A DNA stretch of 64,000 nucleotides from Raillietiella orientalis (Eukaryota). The DNA is taken from contig JAYWIR010000002.1 in the NCBI GenBank assembly GCA_036172245.1, positions 6,882,001 through 6,946,000 on the forward strand, read 5' to 3'. The translations under genes were made by a program, and so were the position numbers. The notes under the pieces were generated by a model that was not told the DNA's origin, made no database searches, and saw only the letters and a list, made by a program, of their open reading frames with translations. This document shows positions 51,086 through 63,099 of the stretch, one piece after another (the first letter of the stretch is position 1; each line of letters begins with the position of its first letter).

Positions 51086-51699
51086 GAGGACGGAGGAAGA
51101 GGAAAGAAAAATGCGATGGGTTGCGGAGAGCGAAAGGTCTGATGGAGCCGCCGCCTTCCGGGCCTCTCGTAACGGGGCGTGACCTCGGGGAGCTCGGCAG
51201 CCCTGCTTCCGGCTGCTGCCGAAACCTTGCTGTCAGCACGGTCCGCTGCGGGACGGCCGCGGTTTCAGACGTGGACAGCCCCGCTCGGGAAAGCGCCTGG
51301 TCGAGAGTCTGCTCCTCCCGGCCCGGGGATCGCGCTTCGCTCCCGGTGAGGAGCCACGGTGGTCCGAAGGGACCAGCCCGAATCCCCTCGAGGTTCCAGG
51401 GAGGAAGAGGTGAGCGAAGGACTCCTGGGTGGCTCGACTCGCCCGCCAACCGCTCTGCCCACGCCGGACGCACCCGCCTTCCTCAAAACAGCAACCGAAT
51501 CGCCTGAACCGTACCCAGCGATGCTGTTGCCATGGAGATCCTCTCCGTGTCGGAACTCACAGGAAAAGGGGGGGAGGAGGACAGAGAAGGGAGGGGGTGT
51601 ATTGGCTGCTGCTATTACCACCACCCACAGGGCGCGCTCACTCCCGAACCCTTCTGGGGGCGCGCCGTCGCCGGGGGTCACCAGAGGGAAGGCCTCCGT

Positions 51700-52240
51700 C
51701 CACGCCCCACGCCACGTCCATGCTACGATCCTGAACATTGACAAAGGCACACCCAGGGACATTTTCCGGCGCCTCTTCTCGCGTGCCTCCTTGCCCCCGG
51801 CCGCTTCCTTAGCAGTGCTCTACTGCATCCGCGGAATCGTGGCGGCATGGAATGTGTCTAGAAGATGCAGGAATGGCAGGGATGCCATCCACCGGACGCG
51901 AATATTCTCTCGTAAACTCTCCAGGTGGTCCCACCTGGGCGCAAACAGGACTCAGCTCGCTAGGATCCTAAACAGGATCTAGAGGACCAATCCATGCGCA
52001 GTGTAATCCCTTCCCCGTCTCCCCCCCTCCCACTTCCAGACCTTGGCGCCCTCCCTACATTTCACCTTTTGTTTGTTTTTTTGTTTTTTATTCCTACCCC
52101 CTCGCGTTGGATGGACCTCGCCGGTTTTTGCACCGGCAGCTAGCTTGCTGTTGTGGGGTGGATGTGCCCTTGGGTTCATCACAAGGAAGGGGAATATGTT
52201 TTTATTTGTTTCAAATAAATGCCCCGGCACATCCGGGTGA
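51700..52240 (+). mobile_element. Tx1/L1-like LINE 3-prime fragment, copy 3
   Basis: GTPRDIFRRLFSRASLPPAASLAVL...GRDAIHRTRIF...LARILNRI* is homologous to copy 2. Ends AATAAATGCCCCGGCACATCCGGGTGA. Confidence 0.75.
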
Positions 52241-52479
52241 TAGACGCCCCACGCCCCCTGCGCTTCGGTCGACCCCTGAGCACTGCTCACAGGTTGCACG
52301 CTCCCTAACGGATTCCGGTCGTTCCTGTGTCAGCCTCTGGGCGGTGACGGGGGAGCCTGCAGCTCTGCCTCGAGGCGGTTCGGATCAACCCCGAATGCCG
52401 AAGGGGTGCGTCGTGCTGGAGCGGGATGGTGCGGATGACAGCCGTCGGGTCGCGGCGCATGTCGCGCCCCGAGGGAGCG

Positions 52480-53150
52480 TCTCCGCTGCTCCTCGCTCCC
52501 TTCTTCCGCGCGATTTTTCGGAGGGTCGACTATGCCTCGGGGGAAAGGGTGAGGTCGCTACTGGACCCAGGCAGGAGGAGCTGCTCCTTCCCCGTCTGAC
52601 CCTCCCATGACCTCAGGTTTCCGTTTGTTCAATCGGCTAATTGAAGCACCGCCGGGAGTCCCGCGTGCCATGGAAACTTCGGACCGGTGGGACCTTCGAA
52701 TTTCCAGCGGCGGAAATTCTCCTTCCGTGCTCTTCCGCCCGCCGCCGCCGCCTCCTTCCAGGCTCCTCGCTTCTGCGTCCTGTCCAGAGAGGACGCCCGG
52801 GTCGCTCTTCGCAAGGGGGTGGATAGGGGTGCTCCAGCACCTCCGGAGAGCAGCGGGGGTGCCGCCTGCAGGCCGCGCCGGAGCTGCGGGGTGCTCGCCC
52901 AAGTGCCCCCCCCGGGAGGCATCGATCGGAGTCCTTGACGGTCCTCCTCCGTCGGGAAGAGGAGAAGGAGGGGGGGAGAGTCCCAGTGGGATCTTCGGAC
53001 GGCGGGGAGGTCTCCGCAGGAGGCAAGGGAACCCGCTGTTCCCGCCCCAAAAGGGGTCCGATAGTAGATCCCGTGGAAGCTCGAAACACCGCACGATTTC
53101 CCGGAGGAGAGACCGAGGAGGGGCGGGAGGGAAGGACAGGTTGTCATCGC
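52480..53150 (+). mobile_element. Non-LTR RT N-terminal remnant, probably RLE-type
   Basis: ATGPRQE (APGPD-like), LFNRLI...VPRA/WK, FRP...RLLA and PPQKGS...GSSKH (QKGF...GCxEH). Confidence 0.5.
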
Positions 53151-53837
53151 GCAGGGATGGACGGAACGGGGGGGACGATTTGTGGCAGGGCAAAGGAGGG
53201 CGCCAGACGGAAAGCGCGCGCCTTCGACGCCACCACAGGAGCGGCGCCGAACATCCGAGCGGTTCCGGGAAGCGAGCTCCAGAGTCCAAGGCAGGGCTTT
53301 CATCCCACCCGCGAGAGGGGGAAGCGCGAGGCGCCTTCTGCGCAGGACGGGGGCGCTCTGCCGAAAGCTCCAGAGGCCGGCAGGTGGAGTGCGCCCCCAG
53401 CCGAGGGAGCGTCGGTGATCCGCGCGACAGCAGCAGCAGCGAGCGGGAGTCCCGTCGCTCGCGACCCTCCTCTCGTGGATCTCGCGAGGGAGGAGAGGAG
53501 GAGGGGGAAGAGGAGGGGCGACGGGAGTGCCGCGGCGGCAAGGCGTGGGAAGCCGACGCGTTACTCCGTGCAGATGGCGCCGGGGCGGTCCCTCGAGCCT
53601 TCCACAGCGCGTATTTCTGGAGTCCGCCTGCACCCGTCCCTGCGCGGAGGGATGACGACAGTCCCCTGGATGAGTTTCAGCGTGGTTTGGCTCGCACCTC
53701 GGAGGGATCTCCATGGATCCTCAGCAGAAGAGAAGAAGCGGAAAAAATCGGGGAACAGCAGTCAGGATGATTTTTTTTCCGTCTTCCCTCCAAGATACTG
53801 AAGGGGGGAGGGTGAAGAAATTGCCGAGAATCGTCAG

Positions 53838-53887
53838 GTCACGGTCCCTTTTATGAGCCGACCATGGCTCATAAAAGGGACCGTGAC
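53838..53887. repeat. Perfect 22-bp inverted repeat with 6-nt loop
   Basis: GTCACGGTCCCTTTTATGAGCC-GACCAT-GGCTCATAAAAGGGACCGTGAC. Confidence 0.95.
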
Positions 53888-53959
53888 TCTTCCCGGGAAA
53901 CCATGGCGCAGTAGTCCGGAGCGTCGCTTCCTCTCGGAAGGACGCCGCCCCTCCTCCAC

Positions 53960-54436
53960 AGCCAGATCCTGGCTCCTCGACGAGATCGTCGCGGGAGGCT
54001 GCGAGAAATGACGTCCCAGAAGAGCGCTACCCTCAGGATCTCGTCAACCGCGACCACCAAGACCACTGCCCACTACCACTACTCGAGCGGGGAGAGTCCT
54101 GAGAGACACCTGGTGTCTCGCCTGGAGCCCATCACCATGGAGTCGGGAAGTCAGCGCAACGTTCTCATCATCTTTCACCAGGCCGTGCTACCGGGCTACT
54201 CCATGATGGAAAAAGAAGACGAGTGAGCAGCCCTGCACCCGCGTCTCCTTGCTCAAGGTCATCAAGATGACGGGCAGCCACTGCTGTGCCCACTACCTGG
54301 AGCGCACCTCCCTGAAGGCGGACGCTGTCGACACGCGCAGGGACAAGTCGGAAGGCCTCCATGGCTACCTGCAGGAGAAGCTCAGACGGACTGCTCCGAA
54401 GGGAGCTGACTACCAGCTCCTTGTCCCATGCAACCC
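53960..54436 (+). pseudogene. SMC4-like (condensin) head-domain fragment, intronless, with stop and frameshift
   Basis: LRISSTATTKTTAHYHYS...L...RNVLIIFHQAVLPGYSMMEK resembles SMC4 FYVSRTACRDNTSVYHIS...L...NRFLILQGEVEQIAMMKPK as I recall it. After the frameshift it continues KMTGSH...RRDK. Strong GC3 codon bias on this strand. Confidence 0.5.
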
Positions 54437-55099
54437 CCTCCTGCGCCGTCCTCCTCTCCCTCCGACGCTCGGATGCTGCCGCCACCGCACCCTCGCCTTT
54501 CTTCTCGACCCACCACTTCCCGGCGCCTCACTCAACCGCAGCTGCCTCCCCTGCGCCGGCCGCTGCGGCGCCCTGCTCCAAAACCTTCACTCTTGCACCC
54601 ACGTTCCATCGCAACCTTCAGTCGGAGACCCCGTGCCGCCGTCGTTTCGAGATAGAGTGGCCCCTTGGATTGCGCTTCTGTTGCTGTGCACAGAGAAAGG
54701 AGGGGAGCTCCTTCTCTCACGTGAATGGCAGCACCGGCAGGAAGAAGGGCGCGACCTCGCACCTCCTCTCCGCGGGCGAGATTTACTGCGAGCGTCCGAG
54801 ACATCGCGGTGCGTACCCCGGTGCGGAAGGAGGCGAGGCGTTGTGGGTTACACTGGCCGAGATCGCCGGAGGCGCTTCTTGGCCATTCGACTGGGGTGAG
54901 GGCGACGATCCGGGAAGAACACGAGAAAGAGGCTGCCGGAGGCTGTCCGCCCGAGATCTTTCCCGCAACCTCCGGTAGAGATTCCCTTACCCGGAGGCGG
55001 GACACGCGAAAAGAACACGGCTGCTCCGCTGCATTTCCGGAGAGTTGCTTTGATGATGACGTTCCGGCGTGCAACCTTTTCCAGAGATCTGTCCAATCC

Positions 55100-56800
55100 T
55101 CAAGAGGACCTCGTGACGTCTGCCGGTGCCGTTCCCGGAATCCCTTCGTCTCTTTCCTGGTTCTCCTCCGGCAGGGCATCGAACGCCCTGCTGGAGTCGG
55201 AGGGCTCGGGCTTCGAGGGACGGGACTCCCGCGCGGGCGAACGGTGATAGCACGAGTGGCGCTAGGGTCCCAGTGTGACCAGGCGAACCCACCGGGGAAA
55301 GCACGCGCTGCTGCCGTGAGCCTCGACGGGTGGCACGTATCGGAAATGCAACAGAAAAATGTACCACTGTTCTCTTTGTGCTTCAACCCACGTGCTGGCG
55401 AAGAGCAGGTTAACGTCTCTCATTCGCTTGGGAATGGCGTGGGTCTGCTCCGGGATAATTACTGAATCCTCCTCCCGTTCCCATCGCGCAGTCCACAGGC
55501 TCACCAGCAACTTGGCGTCCGCGCTCATCACGGTGGTTGGACGCCAAGTTGCTCAAGTTCCTGAGGTCTCCTTTCTTAAGGAGGATCCTCACCCTTGCTG
55601 ACCAGAAGGAGTCGGGAACGTCGCCTTCGTCCCGGATCAGCTGTGTCAACCTGAGCACCAGGAAGGTCAACTTTGCCGCGGAGCACTGGTAGAATTCCAA
55701 GGACAGGCCGTCCTCCCCAAGTGTCTCTCGCCCCTTGAGCCTCTTGATCGCGGTGATCGTCCCACCGGTCGCTAAAGGTTCGTCGAAGCTTTCCTTCGCC
55801 TCCTCCCCTATCTTTGGGGCACCGTAGCAGGAGCCGCCGCAGGAGCCCCGCTCCGGAGGTGTCCTGGCGTACAGGGAAAAATAGAACCTTCTCACGAGGT
55901 GCCTAAGCGTACCCGGGCCGCGAGTTTCCGGCCCTGGTCATCTGGGTTGCGAGTTTCCGGCCCTGGGAGGGTCGGACTATTAGGTCTTGACTCTTGGCCT
56001 AGGCTCGGCTAGGCGACGGACGTTGGGGATCCTCGCGTAACGTCGGGAGTGCAGGTACATCCTTTCGTTACGGGCCCCCCTTCCAGAATCTTGCAAGCAG
56101 GCGGTCCTAGGGGAACTGATCGCGGGAATCGCGGACCGAGAGTTTGAGACGATCCCAGTCCGCGAGATTTTGGAAAGTGAAGGCTCTCAGGAATTGGAGG
56201 AGATGTTGCGCTGCACTTTCCTGGGAGGTTCGCCCAGTGCCCCGAGAGACGCCATGTCTTGGATGGGGGTCCCTCGTCGCGCGGGTAGACCTCAAATTCC
56301 AGCCGGAAATGATCGGACAGGGTCCATCCCGCTCTCCCTCGTTTACCGATCCGTGGACACAGGTCGCGGTCAAGGAACACGAGGTCGTCATCCTCCATTC
56401 CCGGTTGTCCCCGCGACAAGTTGCGCGCGCGCATCGTCGCTCACGGCTCGTTGGCCGCTTGCTTCTGCGCACCGGTTTACCGATTTTTTCTGCTTCCGCC
56501 ACAGCTCTTGAAGAAAGCGGGCCGTCAGGTCTCTTGACACTCCCTTCCGGGTCACCTGCTGCTTTTCCAAACAGCCGCGGCCGTCCCCTACGTGACCACG
56601 GTGTCTCAGGCACTCTCCGCAGAAGTGGCTGAGTCGAAGTTCCTTTCGGCAAAGAAGATCCATCCTGAAGCGGAATCGTGGAATATTCCGGAACTTCTGT
56701 CGACTCATCTTTTCGGAAGGGTCTCCCAAGACGGGTGGTGGTGGACCATGTGTGTCGGATGGATGGCGAGACTTCATGGCCGTAAGCAAAGGAGCCATTG
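55100..56800 (-). mobile_element. Tx1/L1-clade ORF2 remnant (APE endonuclease + RT)
   Basis: DLVFLD...LSDHF...TWRLS (APE end), RFYFSLY, ETLGEDGLSLEFY, GDVPDSFWSARVRILLKKGDLRNLSN and DAKLL...IIPEQTHAIPKR. Confidence 0.8.
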
Positions 56801-57129
56801 CTCACGTCTTTTGTTTCTTTTCTTTCTTTTTAAAAAAAGACGTGAGGAAGAAGAGAGAAGAAGATAAACAGAACTTCCGGTGACCCTCCTCAGAAAGGAC
56901 AACACAGTAGAATCCGGATCCGTGAGAAGCCTCGGCCGCTCAGGAGGGGAAGTCGCCAAAGGCCAAGACCGTCCACTGCGCCTGCGTCTTCCGCTTGCTA
57001 CGCACAGCACGTACTGTCTTCTTTTTTCTTCTTCCCCACGAGGTCCCCTTGCTCAAACACCGCTTCCCGCACTGCCAGCTGCTGCTCCAGTGCGGAGGAC
57101 GCCTAGACGGCGCTTAGCAACCTTCATTC

Positions 57130-58300
57130 ATTTGTATCAATGAATTAATAATGAGATCACGTGTCTCCAGGGTGGAATGATTCTCAGACTGCAGTCTTGT
57201 GGAACTGCTGTAATCATTGAGACGGGAGGCAGAGCACAGCATCGCAGGGAGTCCTCCGAAAGGCATCCCCATCTCTGGGGTTTGATTAGGAGTTATGGAG
57301 AGCAGAATTGTTAATCCTAGAAGGGCCCGGAGTGGATTCCGCTTCGCACTCAAAGCCTGGAAAGCAGAAATGGGAATCCCTCCCCGGAGTCGTTTTCCCG
57401 CTCCGCCGCTAGATGTCCCAAGAACACCGCCTTTCCGGCCTCCTTCCTCGAGAACGCCGGCTTTCCGATCGAGTGGAGATCTCCCGGCAGGTGCGAGGCG
57501 CTTTCTCCTTCGCGGCACGAACAGGCCGGCACGAGGAGCTCCAAGAGAGGTTTCCGGTGTCGAGGGGGCAGCAGTTTGGGGTGGTCCGATGGGGACGGGG
57601 ATGAGTGCCACGAGACGCATCCCTGACTGTCGTCGTCGGGAGGGAGACGCTCTGAGAGGGGCGGGGAGGAACGTCGCTTTCTCGAAGCTCCACGGGGATA
57701 TCTGGAGGTAAGACGATCGAAACCATGACGACGAAACCAGCTCATGCCGCAGAACCTGATGACTCACGGGAAGCAGACTCGCAGCTGACACGCTCCAGGC
57801 GCGCTGCCTGGGCCAGGTGCATCTCCTCGGCATCGGACGAGGAGGGGTGCAGAATTCGGGGAGGAAGGGGGAGAAGGGGAGGAACGCACGCCCAAGAAGC
57901 GCGATCCAGGTGAGAGAAGGCTTGCGAAAGCCGTGGTTCCAAGTTGGGGCGGCGGCGCACGTAGCGACTCCTGCCACGATCCGGCCCCGGCGGGAAAGGC
58001 CTTCCTTTGCTAAACGGAGGCGAGGTATTCTCCTCCTCCGTAGTCCTTGACCGAGAGCGGGCCGGAGCGGAGGAGGAAAGGGGATCATCAGAAGACCAGG
58101 CCATTCCGGGCATGTGCGGGCGGCGGGAGCTCGATGGGAACGGGCAGGGAGAGAGGATCGGGACCCGTTCGCGGGCGGACATCATCCGGGGGCCTTCTAG
58201 GGCATGCAGGAAAGGGGAAGGGAGGCGGAGGTGGTCTCCATTCGCGGAACGCGGGGGTGGTGAGGACGCCGTCTTACCGAATTTCCCATCTGATGGAGGG
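57130..58300 (-). mobile_element. RLE-type non-LTR 3-prime remnant (NeSL/Utopia-like)
   Basis: HQVLRHELVSSSWFRSSYLQISPWSFEKATFLPAPL (QG...YLRFxDWxFxxKARLxxLPL), KPAFSRKEAGKAVFLGHLAAEREN (RPD...DV...EN) and LND...RDLII. Confidence 0.65.
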
Positions 58301-58679
58301 GGAGGGAGCAGCCTGCTCGATGCTGTGAGGTCGTCTGCGAGGAGGAGGAGGACTGCGTGAGAGGTGGGTGGGGGAGATTCGCAGACGGAGAGAAAGAAAA
58401 GACAAAAAAGAAAAGAAAAGAACAAAGTCATCGTGGCTTCATGCGTGCTCGGAGCAGTCGGCGGCCCAGAAACATCCGGCATGCAACAAACTAATTAAGC
58501 AGAGCATTCCGTCCGACGTGTCAGCTCTTCTGGAGGGAAAGAGGGGGGACAGGGGCACTTTGCTTTGTTTCCCGTCCCCTCCCCCCTCCCTCCCTTTTCC
58601 CCCCTCAATCTCCCGATTCTTTTTCATCGCAGAGGCGCGTTTCGCGCTTTCGAGAATCCTCCAGGAGAGAATTTCCGCT

Positions 58680-60900
58680 CCTGTAATGAGCCGCTTCTGG
58701 CTGCCCGGAAGAGGGAAGGTCGGGGCCGGAAAATCCCCGGCAACCGCAGCGAGCCTTGTCGCCAGCGGTGTCCACTCTCCTTCCCTGCGAGGTCAATCGG
58801 TCTCCCGCACACGCGGCGTCCTTCCGCGAGTGCCAGGAAACTCCCTCTCCCCCCCCTTCCGTCTTCCTTCCAATGGTCTTCCAGGCTCCCTGCCTCACTC
58901 TGGATGCGAATCAGGTTGCCGGGGACACCAGCTCCCGCTTCCTCGCGCTGGCGCCCTGTGGGGGGGAAGGGGCGCCTCTTCCTCCGAGAGCTCACCGAAG
59001 TGGAGCCTCCAAGAATGCTCTCTGGTCCAAGGAGGAGACGGAGGCGAGCTGCCACCAGCCGTCTTTGCCGCACCCCAGTCGGTCTCGTTCGTGCGCCGGC
59101 CGGTTTCTCAGGAGACAGCGAAAGCGCTCTGATCGGTGCCAGGCTCCTCTCTTCCAGAATAAGGGGGGGCCTCCTTGGAAAGGATCTCTCCGAGCAGCGG
59201 CTCGTGCGGTCGCCGACGGCGCGGGAAACGAGGGTTCCGTGATGAGCGCCCGGATCATCGCTTCTGCAGTGCGGTCCACTGCCTCTTCGCGCCTCGGGTT
59301 CCAGGAAGAAGTCTGGCAGCGGGACGCTTCGGCGTCTGCAGCGCGGTGGCACGACACGAGGTCCCGCGGGCTTCCCTTCGCCCCGCGCTTCCCCACCCGG
59401 GCGCGTGCCCTCCCTCGGCACCGCTGCTTCCTCCCGCGGGAGCACCGGGAGGAGGAAAGTGGTGGGCTCTGCAAGCAGCGGTCGGTCCAATTCCCCCCCC
59501 CCCTTCCGCAAGTGCGAGCTCCCTTGGAAGGTGGCGTCCTTCCAGCCTCCCTCCTTCACTGTTCCTGGCTGTGCGAGGTCAGCTCTTGCTGCACGGCCTC
59601 GCTGACCGAAGACGCGCGTCTCGGAGCGGCGACCTCTGCTGGCTGGAACAGACGGCCTCAGCTGCCGCGTGTCTTGCAGGAGACGCCCTTCCCACGGCGT
59701 GGGGGTAGAGACTCGCTCCCGATCGGGGAGGCTACGCCTCGGTGCTGGTGCTCCCTTCTGCGGGATGCGGGGAGAGGAGCCCCCCAGTGGGCCGGCGCGT
59801 AGCCCGCCCGTTCTTCCTGCAAACTCCCGGGATGTTCTGGACGGGGGCCCAGCCAGAATACCGGCTTTTTCCCGCCTCATCTCGGGCGGGCCGGGGCACT
59901 CCCTCAGGGCCCTGCGATGGCAGGGAAGTGCCCTGCCCGGCTGCCACCAGGCGGCCTGCGCGAACCCCCCTCGAGGGGGGTCTCGACTCCGCGCTTTGAA
60001 CCGGGAGATTCTTCCAGGAGAAACAGTTGCCTGGGCTCCTGAGTTGCCTTCCTCGCGAGTGGAAAGCTGGATGGCTCCTCTCCTGCGGACGAGGATGCCG
60101 AGATGCTGACGGCAGCGCGGACTGCCTGAGAACGCCCCCCCCGAAGGGCTCCTCCGGCCCTACAGACGGGATCTCCGTTGGTGCTCGGTGGCGCCAGGGA
60201 GCAGCACAGCGGTGGGACTTTCAGAAGACGCCACGAAGTCGGAGGTCGTCGCCCACCGGACGTGAGAGGGGGAGCGCGCGCACCGGGGAAGGGAGGGCAG
60301 CAGGATCCGACCTTCCCTCACCTGCTCGCGGGCTCCTCGCTCCATCCAGTCCAGAGCCCTGGGGGCCGTTGTCCAGGAGACCCCACGCTTCGAGGGACGC
60401 AAGGGACGCGCGCACGGGAAAGCTGCGCGTCTCCCGGGGAAACCCCCCGGAAGATGCGCACGCAACGGAACGCTCCTTCCAGGACGGCGCGCGGGGGGCG
60501 TCGGCTTCGGCAAGCTGACGAGCTCTTCCCTCGGGCTCAGGTTCCGCAAGTCGCGGCCTTCTTTGCCGGCAGGCCGGGAGGGCGGACGGAAGGAGGGGAA
60601 AATTTTCTAGACTCGAGGCCGCTCGCTCCCAGAGAGATTAAGGGCGGGTTACTCGGCCAGCGACGCAAGCAGCAGATGACCCTGGGCTCTACCCGAGCGT
60701 CGCTTCCAGGATCTCCCCGTGGCGCGAACTTTATCGGGTCATCTGCGGACCTCCCAAGCCGCGGAATCCGAGCCGGTCCTTCCCGCCGGGGGGGACGGGA
60801 GCCGGACCCCGGGTCGCAGGTCCCGAAATCCGCGCAGGGCAGCCTGGGAAGCAGGGCGACGCCCCGAGGTGCGAGCTGGGGTGCAACCCCGAGCAGGCAG
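58680..60900 (+). mobile_element. RLE-type non-LTR remnant, extremely decayed
   Basis: CRQRCPLSFP (GVRQGCPLSP), CLTLDANQV (LAYADD-like), APLEGGVL and C-terminal QGSLGSR. Confidence 0.5.
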
Positions 60901-63099
60901 CGTCTCTCCAACCGGGGGAGGAGCTCCTCCTTTTTTTCGGAACGACGGACGACCGGGAGGCGGCCTCCGGGACGCCGAAACCCCGTCTCCCCCCACTCCC
61001 ACCTCCCCTCGATCGACCTCGCTGACTTTCGCTTTTCCTCGCCCTTCCTCCTCCCTGCAGAAGGTCAGTGCGCCTCGGGGTGGGGTGGAGAGGCGCGGAG
61101 CACCCGAGAAGGGACGCAGGGGACGGTCAGGATGTGGAAGGGGTTCGGGCGCGGCGGCACCAACGGGTGGAAACGACGGCTGCCGCAGGAAAGGCAGAAG
61201 CCCTCGTTTCCAGGGCGGTGGCCGGCTGATGACCGTCACGTGCCGGCAAAAAAAAGAAAAATGGCGGCCGTCTTGACTTTGAGGATGAAGGAAGGACGCT
61301 TAAGGGCGCAGGAAGGAGATGGAGGGGGGTCGAGGTGCGCGAGAGCATTCCGGCATAGTGGTCGCGCGCGCTTCCGTGGCAAAAGAAAAACAAAAACAAA
61401 AACAAGGGAAACCAAAACTCCCCCTCCAGCCGCTCCTCGCTCTCGACGCTGCTGCCGCTCTCCTCCTCGCGGCTGCGTTCCGAAGGCGAGGATGCAGGGA
61501 CTTCTGAGGACGCCCCAGGATTCCCGCCATCGTCCCCCTTTCCATCCCAGAACGGGGATCCCGAGGACGCTTCGGGATCGTCCCAGATCGCCTCGGGCTC
61601 TCTCCCTCGCCCGCAGGAGGCCGTCGATCCGGCCTTACTTCCGGTAGCGTCGTGGCATCCCCCGCGGTGTTTCCCTCGCCCGGACCGGCGGCTTCCTGTC
61701 GGGTCCGCTTGACCCTCGGAGGGGGCTCCCACCGTGCTCGTGGGATGCCGGCAGGGGCGATCCCCTCTGAGATTCCCCACCCCTCCCCTTTCTCGGTAGC
61801 CCCGCCCCGACTCGGAATTCCGCGCGCCGACGGATGAGCCTCATCTCCGCTCCCGCGCTCTGGCGTCCATTTTCGCGCGACCCGAAAAGACAAAGAGAGG
61901 GAGGGGGAGGAGGGGAGGGAGAGTTCGCACAGCGGAGGCGCAGCACCGGAGAGAACAGTGCGGTACGTAGGAATCCAAGGTCATAGTCTCCAAGCGCCTC
62001 CCTCCCAGACCCAGCTCGGGGCGGTGCACCCTCGGCGCAAGGAAAGAGGCCGCCGAAGAAAAAAGGGGTCCTGGAGTTGTGTGTGGGTGTGTGCGTGGGT
62101 GTGTGTGTGTGGGGGGGGGCAGGAAAGGGTTGTTGTTTAACCTCCTTCCCTCCTTCCTTCCGTCCCCAATCGCTGTCGGCCCTTCCGTCCTGCCACGAGC
62201 AGCCTGAACCGGGTCGTCCCTCTCTGGCGAGCAGACCCTTTCGAGAACCGGCGAAGGGGCGCTGATCACACGGGGGTTTCCGAGATCGCAGGTGCCTCCT
62301 AATCAGGGGGGAAGGCGCTCCCGATGGGATTAATTTCCGCAGTGCAGATTGCACGGGGAAGAGCGTTTCCATCGCGACGGAGGAGGCGGATGAGGGCTGC
62401 CCGTCCAGACGGCAGCCGGACCGTCGCCTGTTCCGCTGATTGCCCCGCGTGTAAACACTCGGCGGCGTCCGCTCTTGGCGACGCGCGGGTTCCTCCCGGG
62501 GACGAGAGGAACCGGAAACGGGATAGGAAGACGCGCGCGGGCTGCGCTCGTCTCTGGAATGCAGGTGGAGGACATCCGCTGCCGCCGCTACAGCGTCGAG
62601 GGCTCTGCTGACGCCTAGGCGAACGAGACGGGCGGCACACATTTCTCGGAAAAGGGAGGGGGGGCAAATGGGGGGAGGTGGGGGGACGCTCGCAGAAGGC
62701 CACGCCAGCCACACTTTCCTTCTTCGCTCCCCGCGACGCAGAGGAGCTGCTCAGCGACGAGGACGGCTAGAGGCAACCGCGGCGCTGCAGGGGACGCGCC
62801 GGTGCTTAGCCTTGTGGTCGAGCGAAGCGGGAGGAGGTCCGGGGTCCCGTGCGACCCGTGACGCGGACCTTTCCTGCTAGCGGTCCCGAGCGTGCGCGAG
62901 GCGCTCCCGAAGCGCTGCTTCCGCTGTGCCCGCCCGTGTTCCGGCCGCGTTACGTGAAATAGGAGACAAAGAAGCACCGGAAGGGACGACTGCGTTTCCG
63001 CTCTGCCGTCGCCCGGGCTCGATTGTTGGACCCTTCCTTAATTGCTCCCTAATTGGAGCAATTTGGACCTCCGCTCGCCTCGTCCTGGAGGCGCCGCCA

